Shown here in pieces: positions 19,486-30,166 of a stretch of DNA of 64,000 bases. Every line of letters starts with the position of its first letter. Positions within the stretch are counted from its first letter, which is position 1. Under the pieces are notes generated by a model. It ran no database searches and was not told the DNA's origin. It saw only the letters and a program-made list of their open reading frames with translations. The position numbers were made by a program, and so were the translations under genes. Origin of the DNA: an uncultured virus (IMG/VR IMGVR_UViG_2877933038_000001) (lineage: Duplodnaviria; Heunggongvirae; Uroviricota; Caudoviricetes); the IMG/VR virus record IMGVR_UViG_2877933038_000001; one strand, written 5' to 3'.

Positions 19486-20907
19486 ATGAACGAAGACGAT
19501 TTCGAAATCGGCAGCTGCTCTCACTCAGAGTTGATGGCATTGCTGGACAGCGACGACATCCAGCCAGGGTCAACGGCTGGCTATCAGACCTGCAAAACGG
19601 TTTACCTCTACCACCCGCTGGGCGGAAAGATGGTGGATCGCCCGATTAAAATGGCGATGAATGAGCCGCGCACCGTCCATGTTGCCCAGTCCTATGGCCT
19701 TGAGCAGCGCCTGCGTGACGCGTTCGAGCGAGAATGGAAAGCGATGGGTGCTAACCAGCACATCGCCAACGCCGCGCGGATCGCCCGAATTTACGGCGTA
19801 TCTGCGATTGCAATGCTGGTGGATAACCAGGAGCCGAATGAATCGCTGGATTACCGCACGCTGTACAAGCACAACGTCAGCTTTAACATTCTCGACCCGC
19901 TGAACACCGCGGGCAGCATCGTGCTGAATCAGGACCCAAATGCCCAGGACTTCCAGAAAGTCGACGGTATCCGGGTGGCGGGCAAGCCGTATCACAAATC
20001 GCGCTGCGTTGTCGTGCAGAACGAGGATCCGATTTACCTCGCATACAACCCTGCGGCGTTCGGCTTCACCGGCCGCAGCGTATACCAGCGAGCGCTCTAT
20101 CCATTGAAATCCTTCATCCAGACCATGCGCACCGACGACATGGTTGCGGTGAAAGGTGGCTTGCTGGTGACGAAAATTAAGGGGCCAAGCTCCGTCGTCA
20201 ACAACATGATGCAGAAGCTCAGCGGCATTAAGCGCATGATGCTTAAGCGCGGGAAGACGGGAGAGGTCCTGCAGATCGGCGAGAGCGACAACATCGAGTC
20301 AATCGACCTGAGCAATCTGGAAAAACCTCTCGACTCTGCGCGTAAGCACATCCTGGAGAACGTGGCCGCCGCCGCCGACATGCCGGCGATCATCCTCAAC
20401 TCTGAGACGTTCGCCCAGGGCTTCGGTGAAGGCACTGAAGATGCCCGCGCCGTGGCAGTGTACATCGACAACATCCGCGAGTGGCTGGACTCGCTTTACG
20501 CGTTCTTCATCCGCGTGTGCCAGTACCGTGCCTGGAGCATAGAGTTCTTCCAGTCGTTACGCGCCGACTTCCCGGAGCTGAAAAACACCTACAGCGTGTA
20601 TTTCGCGAGCTGGATAAACAACTTCGAGTACCGCTGGCCATCCTCTCTGAAAGAGCCGGAAAGCGAGAAGGTGAAGGTCGATGAGACGCGATTCAAGGCG
20701 ATAGTAAGCATGCTGGAAGTGGTGCTGCCGCAGCTCACAGCGGACCCGGAGAACCGCGCGACACTTATCGAGTGGGCGTGCGAAAACGCCAACGCCAACG
20801 AGAACCTCTTCCCGCAGCGGCTTAACCTCGATTACGACTCGCTGAAAGACAACCCACCGCCGGAGCCGCCAAAAGCTGAAGAGCCGGGCGGCGGGATGAT
20901 GCTATGA
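19486..20907 (+). CDS. Portal protein (DUF1073-like)
   Basis: Position after terL, ARIYG motif, size. Confidence 0.8.
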   Translation: MNEDDFEIGSCSHSELMALLDSDDIQPGSTAGYQTCKTVYLYHPLGGKMVDRPIKMAMNEPRTVHVAQSYGLEQRLRDAFEREWKAMGANQHIANAARIARIYGVSAIAMLVDNQEPNESLDYRTLYKHNVSFNILDPLNTAGSIVLNQDPNAQDFQKVDGIRVAGKPYHKSRCVVVQNEDPIYLAYNPAAFGFTGRSVYQRALYPLKSFIQTMRTDDMVAVKGGLLVTKIKGPSSVVNNMMQKLSGIKRMMLKRGKTGEVLQIGESDNIESIDLSNLEKPLDSARKHILENVAAAADMPAIILNSETFAQGFGEGTEDARAVAVYIDNIREWLDSLYAFFIRVCQYRAWSIEFFQSLRADFPELKNTYSVYFASWINNFEYRWPSSLKEPESEKVKVDETRFKAIVSMLEVVLPQLTADPENRATLIEWACENANANENLFPQRLNLDYDSLKDNPPPEPPKAEEPGGGMML

Positions 20908-21728
20908 ACACTTTCACCCGAACAGTGAGAGATGCGGTGAAGTTCTTTCTCCGCAACGGCTATTCGTCCCGGGAAGAGCTGGAACGCTGGCAGGCAATTA
21001 TCCGCCAGGCCGCCGAAAGCGAAACCGCCGATGACTACATGGCGATGGTCACCCGCAATCTGACGAAAGCATACGACCTGCAGGTGGGGCGTGCTGGCGC
21101 GCTGAAGCGCCACCAGGGTATATCCCGGTTTACGCTCAACTACCTTGAGCCACAGCTGAGGACAGAGCTCGACAGGAGGATCCTCGCCAGCGCCGACCTT
21201 ATCAAGCTCAACCGCAAAAAAGCCATCGACACCACGTTATCGCGGTTTAGTGGCTGGGCCAGCAGCATTCCCTCTGCCGACAGTATTGCGCTGACTGGCA
21301 TTCAGGGAACAATGCGGGAGACGGCAGGGCACATTCAGAAGGCCGCCGAGAAGGTGGACTATGAAGCGCGCCGGGTGATGATCGACCAGAACCATAAGCT
21401 GATAGCCAACATCGACAACGTGATCGCAACCAGCAACAACGCGATTGCAGCGATATGGCACAGCCACTGGCGGCGTCCTGGCTATGACTTCCGCGAGGAC
21501 CACAAGGAACGCGATCAGCTGTATTACCTGATTCGCGGGAACTGGGCGCAAAAAAACGGGTACGTGAAAGCCGGGCCTGCCGGTTACCTCGACGAAATCA
21601 CTCAGCCTGGCGAAGAGGTTTTTTGTCAGTGCTACGTGACCTACATCTACAACATTCGAAGCATTCCAGAATACATGCTGACCCAGAAGGGGCAGAAGTT
21701 CATGGAGTCGATGAAGAAAGCAGCATAG
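20904..21728 (+). CDS. MuF-like minor head protein
   Basis: REDH, PGEEVFCQC motifs. Confidence 0.8.
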   Translation: MNTFTRTVRDAVKFFLRNGYSSREELERWQAIIRQAAESETADDYMAMVTRNLTKAYDLQVGRAGALKRHQGISRFTLNYLEPQLRTELDRRILASADLIKLNRKKAIDTTLSRFSGWASSIPSADSIALTGIQGTMRETAGHIQKAAEKVDYEARRVMIDQNHKLIANIDNVIATSNNAIAAIWHSHWRRPGYDFREDHKERDQLYYLIRGNWAQKNGYVKAGPAGYLDEITQPGEEVFCQCYVTYIYNIRSIPEYMLTQKGQKFMESMKKAA

Positions 21729-21737
21729 GAGCATTAA

Positions 21738-23360
<1,623 letters not shown>

Positions 23361-23375
23361 CGGGAGCTCTCAAGC

Positions 23376-24236
23376 ATGGCTAACTTATCTCTTAACCCGA
23401 TGGCAACCACGAACGCGCTGGGTTCTTTCGGTGTGCAGTCCGACGGTTATATTCAGGGCGTGGCGCTGGATGACCCGGCGAACCGCTTTAATCTGGCTGC
23501 TGGCACAGTGGCACCAACCGAAACCAAACCTCTGTGGGGTGGGCTGCCCGTCGCCGAGCTTCTTCCAGGTACCAGCTCAAGCCCTCGCGGTTCGTTTATC
23601 CGCCGCGCGGTGTCTGTTGCCGAACTGGAAGGCTTTACCGTCTTCAATCAGGCGCACAACGGCCTGACCACTCCGCAGTCTCCGGTTCCGCTGTACGCAT
23701 CCGGCATGAGCGTTTCCTACTATCGCCTGGGCTCTAGCATGCGCATTCCGCTGAAAGCATCTGCGCAGGTTGTTGCGCTGGGTACCGCTGGCGCTTCAGT
23801 GAAAACACCGCTGGCTTGGGATTTCGTGAACAACCAGATCACCACTGCGGCGGCAGCTGGCTTCGCCGATTCCGATATCGCGACAACTGATGTGTCCTAT
23901 GCCTCTGGCGTGGCTACAGCAACCACTGCTTCAGCGCATGGCCTGACGGCTGGCCAGTACGTAAAAATCAGCGGCGTAGCGCCTGCTGCGTACAACGGCA
24001 CTGTGGTGGTGCTGTCTGTTCCGAATTCAACCACTTTCACCTACGCCCCGGCAACAGCACCAGGCGGCGCTGCAACTACGCAGGGCACCATCGGCGCAGT
24101 TACGCTTTCCGACATCACGCTGCCGCTAAAAGTGCTCGCCATCGAATCAGGTAACTCCAAGACTGTCAGCTATGACAGCGCGACTGGTTTCCTGACCTGG
24201 AATAACACCGACAGCTGCGCGCTGGTCTTACTTTAA
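23376..24236 (+). CDS. Head decoration/cement protein
   Basis: Between scaffold and capsid; Ala/Thr/Gly beta-rich. Confidence 0.65.
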   Translation: MANLSLNPMATTNALGSFGVQSDGYIQGVALDDPANRFNLAAGTVAPTETKPLWGGLPVAELLPGTSSSPRGSFIRRAVSVAELEGFTVFNQAHNGLTTPQSPVPLYASGMSVSYYRLGSSMRIPLKASAQVVALGTAGASVKTPLAWDFVNNQITTAAAAGFADSDIATTDVSYASGVATATTASAHGLTAGQYVKISGVAPAAYNGTVVVLSVPNSTTFTYAPATAPGGAATTQGTIGAVTLSDITLPLKVLAIESGNSKTVSYDSATGFLTWNNTDSCALVLL

Positions 24237-24252
24237 TCGGGAGCTGAATTAA

Positions 24253-25284
24253 ATGGCTGCAATTACCCCCAGCTACACCATCGTCAATCCGTCGTATATC
24301 GCGCCGGAGATGATCATTGGTTACCAGCAGGCGTCAGGTGCGTTTGAAACCATCGCCAGCGGTAACCCGCAAGTCCGTCTCGGCGTAGGCGACCAGTACG
24401 TCTACATGCGCCGCCTGGACATTCGCACCCAAACCACTTCCAGCCAGTCCGGTAACGGTAACCAACTACCTAGCGTGGCGCTGGAAGCGAAGATGATTTC
24501 CACCCCAACCTATCTGTTCCGCTGCCGTGGCATTTACGATCACCATGACATGGCCGCTGCCGGTAACTGGAACTTTGCACTGCCGGAAGCTCAGCGCCTG
24601 GGCATGCGTCAGGGCATCTTTCAGGGTCTGCGCTCTGCTCTGTTGTACGGTATGAACCCTGCTGGTGGTGAAGGGCTGCTCAACACCGCCGGCGCAACCA
24701 CGGAGTCCCTGCCTCCGGACAGTAGCGGAAACACTACTGTTCTGACCTACGACCATGGGCAGATGGCGGTTTACCTGCTTGGTCATATTCAGGCTGCCAT
24801 GACTCGCACCATGCAACTTGGCATCCAGCAGCGTGTCGTTATCCTGGGTCCGCAGCGAATCCTTGGGACCATGGAGATTCAGCAAATCGTTCAGTTGACC
24901 TCTTATCAGCGCCCTGGTGGTGGTACTGCGTCAGTGAGCGGAACCACGAAGAATGTTGCTAAGGATGCAGGTATTCAGGTTGATTGGGTATACGACGATA
25001 CCCTGATCGGTGCCGGTGCTGGCGGTACTGACGCGGTGGTGATTTCAATCCCTGAGGTGGAAGTTCCTGTGGTTAACCAGACTGTGAACACCAACGAATT
25101 CGCCAAGCTGACTCCGTCTCTTGCCGCGAACGCACTGATGTTTACCGACATGGCCGCGCCGCGCGAAATCCCGACGCCTATCGCTGGTGGCGCTATCGAT
25201 GTTCTGTCCGAAATGCGCTCTACCGCAGGCTGGGCCGTTCGTCCGGAAGCCATCACCATCCTGTCCATGGCGTACAGCGCCTGA
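24253..25284 (+). CDS. Major capsid protein
   Basis: Size, position, GEGLLN motif, followed by terminator near 25305-25338. Confidence 0.75.
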   Translation: MAAITPSYTIVNPSYIAPEMIIGYQQASGAFETIASGNPQVRLGVGDQYVYMRRLDIRTQTTSSQSGNGNQLPSVALEAKMISTPTYLFRCRGIYDHHDMAAAGNWNFALPEAQRLGMRQGIFQGLRSALLYGMNPAGGEGLLNTAGATTESLPPDSSGNTTVLTYDHGQMAVYLLGHIQAAMTRTMQLGIQQRVVILGPQRILGTMEIQQIVQLTSYQRPGGGTASVSGTTKNVAKDAGIQVDWVYDDTLIGAGAGGTDAVVISIPEVEVPVVNQTVNTNEFAKLTPSLAANALMFTDMAAPREIPTPIAGGAIDVLSEMRSTAGWAVRPEAITILSMAYSA

Positions 25285-25351
25285 TCCATTCTTGAAGTGG
25301 TTAAGCCGCTGCCGGGGGAACTCAGCAGGGGCTTTTTTACGAGGGTAACCA

Positions 25352-25834
25352 ATGAAACTCTATATCGCTAACACCACCAAGCAGCGCCAGATTTTTGCCT
25401 ACCGCAAGCTTGAGACTGGTCGCCTTATTCAGATCCCGATTAACCACGGGGATCAGATGATGGTGCTGGATGGCACAACTGAAGAGATTGATGCAGTGGT
25501 GCAGCATCACCAGGTTTACGGACTGGTTGACTCGACAAAAATCGACCAGAGCCAGGCATTCGTCGGCCTGTGCTACAGCCTGAACAAGCCTGTATCAGCG
25601 TCGGTAATCGAAAAAGCAATTCGCGATAACGACGTTCACCTGACGCGTGGCGCACATGGCCGCCGTCAGGCATCAGTAGCAGCTCTGGATAGCTCTCTGC
25701 GTGAAAGTGGTACCGGCTATTCCGGAGAAATGGAAGTCAGCGTGGAGCAGGCAAAGTCCCGTGATGACAAAGACGATATTGAAGAAGTCAACGAAACAAT
25801 TGCGACTCAAAGAGCCGGGAGCAAGAAAAAATGA
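25352..25834 (+). CDS. Virion morphogenesis protein
   Basis: Operon position, RBS. Confidence 0.65.
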   Translation: MKLYIANTTKQRQIFAYRKLETGRLIQIPINHGDQMMVLDGTTEEIDAVVQHHQVYGLVDSTKIDQSQAFVGLCYSLNKPVSASVIEKAIRDNDVHLTRGAHGRRQASVAALDSSLRESGTGYSGEMEVSVEQAKSRDDKDDIEEVNETIATQRAGSKKK

Positions 25835-26259
25835 CCACGAGCCTGTCGGGATTTATTGAATTCGTTCGAACTGACATGGGCGTGACCGCCGCGCAGGTTC
25901 CCGATGACTCGCCTTCATTTTCCCTGGCTTATAACGGCGCGATCGAATGGGTGAACCAGGAGATCGCCTGTGTCATGCCGAATCTGTATACCGTTGCTGT
26001 GTATAACCTCGGCGCGTCGTTCTTGGTCAACTACGGTACTGAGTCGGTATTTGCTGACTTCAGGAAAGAGTATGGCCTGAATAATTTCAAGGCTGGCGTG
26101 ATTACCGGGGCCGGGGACAACTCAACCAGTGCGCAACGTCTGGTGCCTGACTTCTTCAAAGATTTATCGCTGGCTGATTTGCAGATGTTACAGGACCCAT
26201 GGGGGCGCCGGTATCTGATGATTGCCCAGCAGTTTGGCAGCCTGTGGGGGCTGTCATGA
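25831..26259 (+). CDS. Head-tail adaptor-like protein
   Basis: PWGRRYL motif; coupled genes. Confidence 0.65.
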   Translation: MTTSLSGFIEFVRTDMGVTAAQVPDDSPSFSLAYNGAIEWVNQEIACVMPNLYTVAVYNLGASFLVNYGTESVFADFRKEYGLNNFKAGVITGAGDNSTSAQRLVPDFFKDLSLADLQMLQDPWGRRYLMIAQQFGSLWGLS

Positions 26260-26690
26260 TCACCTTTCACCTTGGGGTGATTGATGTCCCCTACGAGGAC
26301 GAGAACACCACGACCGGAGACGTCGCCGAGTATCTGGAGGAAAAGTACCAGATCATGCAGACGTTTTTCGACAGGTACAGCGGTGACATCGCCGACCTGA
26401 TGGCAAATGACATGTCTGCGTCGCTGGAAAACATGATGGCTGGCGCCCCACCAGCTAAAGACCCACTCGCTGAGTCGATGTCACGGATCCATGACCTTTT
26501 CGTTGCTTTCCTCGACAACACAGAAATGAACGGTTTGCCCGGTGTTCCAACGCGCCGAGCGCTGGAGGGGATATCCAGACGATTCAAGAACAAAAATGGG
26601 CCGCCACGCCCGTCATTCATTGATACCGGAACCTATCAGGCTGCGATGCGCGCCTGGGTGAGCGGGGTGTTAAATGCCTTCCCTGAGTGA
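26256..26690 (+). CDS. Neck/tail completion protein
   Basis: PSFIDTGTY motif. Confidence 0.65.
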   Translation: MITFHLGVIDVPYEDENTTTGDVAEYLEEKYQIMQTFFDRYSGDIADLMANDMSASLENMMAGAPPAKDPLAESMSRIHDLFVAFLDNTEMNGLPGVPTRRALEGISRRFKNKNGPPRPSFIDTGTYQAAMRAWVSGVLNAFPE

Positions 26691-27615
26691 GTTACAGCAG
26701 ACTGCAAAAACCGAGCTCAACGCTACGCTGACGCAGGGCCTTGACGACCTGAGCCGCTTTCAGGTTGTCACCTTCACGAAGTACATCAGAAAGGTTCTGC
26801 CGCTTGATGGCTTCGTGTTCTGGGTGAAGGCGTCGGTATTGTCCAGTGAGCCTGACAGCGAGCCAGACACGGTCAACGTTAAAGGTTATCTACACCTTAC
26901 GACGGAGTCTATCCAGGACGACGAGCAACTCTACGACCGCAACGTCGTGACGTTTACTGCACAGGCTGACATCGATCCATTCAACGATATCGGTTCGGAT
27001 GTGCTGTATATCGGCGAGTTCTTTGGCATTCAGTTTTCCTTCTCCCGGCGTACCGGGCTGAACGAACCGGCCAATCTCTATCACTACACAGGGGAGGCAA
27101 TTTTCCCCTACATGCGCTCGCAGATTATCAACTCTGTCGACGATATTGACCTCTCTGATGTGGTGGTTTCGAGCTCTCTTCCCGTGTGGCTGGCTCTGAG
27201 CCAGTACATGCCAATGTTTCCGGCGATGCTGTCGACACAGAACCTGTCACCGCCGTATGCAACGGTGAAATGCAGCAACACCACGCCGATTGCGGGGAGC
27301 TTTTACCTTGATGAGCAGCAGAACCAGTACCAACTGGTTTCAGAGGATGTGACGATTTCTGTCACTGGACTGCGTAATGCTAGCGTTGAGGATTTTCTGC
27401 GTTACGTTCACGACTACACCATGAGCGACACTGCTGAAATGGGGGTGATGAATATTCCGGTTGTTCAGGACGAGCGAGTCACGCAGAACGAGTTGAACAT
27501 CATCGCCATGCGTAAAACCATCAAATTCAAAGTTAACTACTACCAGCAGCGGATGAGGAACGTCGCCCGCAGGCTGATCACGTCTGCAATTCCGTCCATT
27601 TATGTGGAGAAATAA
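26674..27615 (+). CDS. Neck/tail terminator-like protein
   Basis: Position before sheath. Confidence 0.6.
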   Translation: MPSLSELQQTAKTELNATLTQGLDDLSRFQVVTFTKYIRKVLPLDGFVFWVKASVLSSEPDSEPDTVNVKGYLHLTTESIQDDEQLYDRNVVTFTAQADIDPFNDIGSDVLYIGEFFGIQFSFSRRTGLNEPANLYHYTGEAIFPYMRSQIINSVDDIDLSDVVVSSSLPVWLALSQYMPMFPAMLSTQNLSPPYATVKCSNTTPIAGSFYLDEQQNQYQLVSEDVTISVTGLRNASVEDFLRYVHDYTMSDTAEMGVMNIPVVQDERVTQNELNIIAMRKTIKFKVNYYQQRMRNVARRLITSAIPSIYVEK

Positions 27616-27620
27616 TCCAA

Positions 27621-29015
27621 ATGGCAATAGTAAATATCAATGTGTCGGTGACCAGTCCGCCGAAACCCTCCCAGTTGTTAAAGTCAGGCGCTCTGGTATC
27701 AACGGGGGGAACCACGCTGGCGGCGGGGAGTTATCAGTTGCTGACGTCCAAAGACGATCTAAAAAATATCGTTGCGCCAGCAAAAGCTATTTCTTCGCTT
27801 GCGTGGGCCGGGAATACCGTCACGGTGACTCTTTCAGAAAATCATGGCTGGTCCATTGATGAAACGATCCCTGTTGTGATTTCTGGTGCTGCGCCTGCTG
27901 CTTATAACGGGGCATATACAGCGTCTGTGACAGGCGAAAAAACGTTTACTTATCCCCTGAACAGTGATCCCAGTACAGCAACGGTTACAGGTACCGTAAC
28001 GTCTGTTGCCGCCGGAGAACTCCAGCAGATGAACACCACGTACTGGGCACAGGGGACCAGCCGGGCGGTTTATGTCCTTGAGCTGGGTGAGATGAATGTA
28101 AAATCTGCGGTTGCGGCCCTTAGTACGTTCATTGATGAAGATACTTCTCTGGGAAATACATACCAGAAATTTTTCTCTTACCTTGTGCCGAGGGAATGGG
28201 ACGCCGAACCGACCTTTAAAACGCTGGCGAACAATTACACTTCGCCCGGCGCGCTGGTGAAATTTTTCGTCACCACCACGATTGCGACGTACCAGGAATG
28301 GGTATCCGGCAAATATCCGAATGTCTTTGCCGGGGTTGAGGCGCCGTCAATTGGCGCAACTGAGTTCTCGATGGCGGCACCGTTCCAGTCCTCACTGGCA
28401 AACGATCCGGGGTCATCAAACATGGTCCCGCCGATGGCGTACCGCTTTATGTATGGCGTAACGGAGTATCCGCCGGCAGGTAATGGTACGTTGCTGAAAA
28501 CCCTGCAGGATAACCATATCAACTATATCGGCACGGCGGCAGAAGGTGGCCTGAGCAATAAAATGCTGGTGGCCGGTCACATGCTTGACGGTATGCCGTT
28601 TAACTACTGGTACTCGGTGGCATGGTGTGCAATCAACCTTGAGCTGGATCTGGCGAATGAAGTGATTAACGGTTCTAACACTACTGTTAACCCGCTTTAT
28701 TACGATCAGCAGGGAATTGGTCGCCTGCAACGACGCGCTTTGAAAACTCTCCGTTCCGGTATCAGTTACGGGCTAATCCTCGGTCAGGTGATTGATACGC
28801 AGCTCACGCAGGAATCGTTCAACGCGGAATATGAAAAAGGCTCTTATGCCGGGAACGCGGTCATCAACGCAGTACCGTTCGCTGACTATACCAGCCTGAA
28901 TCAGTCCGATTACGCCGATGGAAAATATAACGGCCTGAGTGCGGTTGTCACCCCGCGTCGTGGTTTTGAGTCCATCACTTTTAATCTCAACGTGACCAAT
29001 TTTGTGGGGGCGTAA
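27621..29015 (+). CDS. Contractile tail sheath (DUF3383-like)
   Basis: Size, LYYDQQGI motif, precedes tube. Confidence 0.75.
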   Translation: MAIVNINVSVTSPPKPSQLLKSGALVSTGGTTLAAGSYQLLTSKDDLKNIVAPAKAISSLAWAGNTVTVTLSENHGWSIDETIPVVISGAAPAAYNGAYTASVTGEKTFTYPLNSDPSTATVTGTVTSVAAGELQQMNTTYWAQGTSRAVYVLELGEMNVKSAVAALSTFIDEDTSLGNTYQKFFSYLVPREWDAEPTFKTLANNYTSPGALVKFFVTTTIATYQEWVSGKYPNVFAGVEAPSIGATEFSMAAPFQSSLANDPGSSNMVPPMAYRFMYGVTEYPPAGNGTLLKTLQDNHINYIGTAAEGGLSNKMLVAGHMLDGMPFNYWYSVAWCAINLELDLANEVINGSNTTVNPLYYDQQGIGRLQRRALKTLRSGISYGLILGQVIDTQLTQESFNAEYEKGSYAGNAVINAVPFADYTSLNQSDYADGKYNGLSAVVTPRRGFESITFNLNVTNFVGA

Positions 29016-29018
29016 TAA

Positions 29019-29456
29019 ATGCCAAATCCATTAGTACCGCAGGGCTTTCTTAACCGTGTCAGGGGTGCGGTGACTGTCACGGATATTCCGGCGCTGAATG
29101 TCACCGCGTCATTTCTGGGTAAGGATGCGATCAGTATGCGGCCAGATTCGGCTGCAACGGACATTATCCCCACGCTGACCGGAACCGTGGGGAGCCAGGT
29201 ACCTTATCAGCAGGTAACGATCACGATGCATTTACTGCGAACGCAGGGGCTGGCTGCGAGCTATCAGAACCGTTTCGCTTCTGATACGTCGCTGGGAGAG
29301 GTCGTTATCACGCCGGATGCCAGCACCTTCGGAAACTACACGGTCCTGAATGCATATCTGGTGAATTTTAATGAACTGACCATCAACGGTATGGATGCCG
29401 GATATGTCGTGACGATTTCCGGTTATCTGATCACCAACGATAAAATGTGGGGCTAA
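29019..29456 (+). CDS. Tail tube protein
   Basis: 145 aa directly after sheath. Confidence 0.7.
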   Translation: MPNPLVPQGFLNRVRGAVTVTDIPALNVTASFLGKDAISMRPDSAATDIIPTLTGTVGSQVPYQQVTITMHLLRTQGLAASYQNRFASDTSLGEVVITPDASTFGNYTVLNAYLVNFNELTINGMDAGYVVTISGYLITNDKMWG

Positions 29457-30043
29457 TGGCCGTGAAAATTGACCGAAAACTGAATTTTGTCAGCACCATC
29501 ACCCGCGATGACGGCTCACTGGTGTATCTGCACGTTGTGCCGTTTCCGTATGAAGTCGTTGAGGAAAATTGCGTACTGCTGGGGAATCTGTTCAATAATT
29601 TTTTCTCCCTGGTGGGTTCGGTAGGTGCGCCCCGCGTGGCGGCGATGATGCTGCGAAAAATCATCAAAGCGCGGCAGGAGGCAGGAGATCTTCAGCCAGG
29701 AACGCCGAATATTGTCGATGAGATACAGCGTCTGACAACGGTCATCTGGAACGATAACGGAACCTGGAAAACGTCTTCGCTGGAGGCTGCATTCAGGCAG
29801 GAAATTATCACCGATGATGAGTACCGGGAAGTTGAGGGCGAGGTCGTTTTTTTTATGGTGAGCTCTGCCATTCAGAAAGCGAACCTGATCGCACCGACGG
29901 TGGGGAAAGCGCTCGATATGTACAGTGGGCAACTTGTGTCATTGAGCGCTATGGCGTATCGCGATTCTTTACCGACGTCGAAAACGGCTACCGATACCCC
30001 GACCCCGGAAGCCCTGCCGGAACCCTCACACATACCCTCCTGA
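29456..30043 (+). CDS. Tail assembly chaperone
   Basis: Between tube and tape measure; open -1 frame to 30177. Confidence 0.65.
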   Translation: MAVKIDRKLNFVSTITRDDGSLVYLHVVPFPYEVVEENCVLLGNLFNNFFSLVGSVGAPRVAAMMLRKIIKARQEAGDLQPGTPNIVDEIQRLTTVIWNDNGTWKTSSLEAAFRQEIITDDEYREVEGEVVFFMVSSAIQKANLIAPTVGKALDMYSGQLVSLSAMAYRDSLPTSKTATDTPTPEALPEPSHIPS

Positions 30044-30166
30044 CATGGGCCTCATGCGAAGGCTTCAGTCACCTCTGCCGTGAACTGGGCTGCGGCGAAT
30101 ATAAAAGCCCGCTCCATTTCCGGCAGCGGTTCATTCTGGAGGAAATAAGACGCAAGGGGTATTTCA

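Noticed and set aside
29903..29909. GGGAAAG, the lambda G-T slippery heptamer
   Set aside because: Not in the X XXY YYZ phase of the chaperone reading frame.
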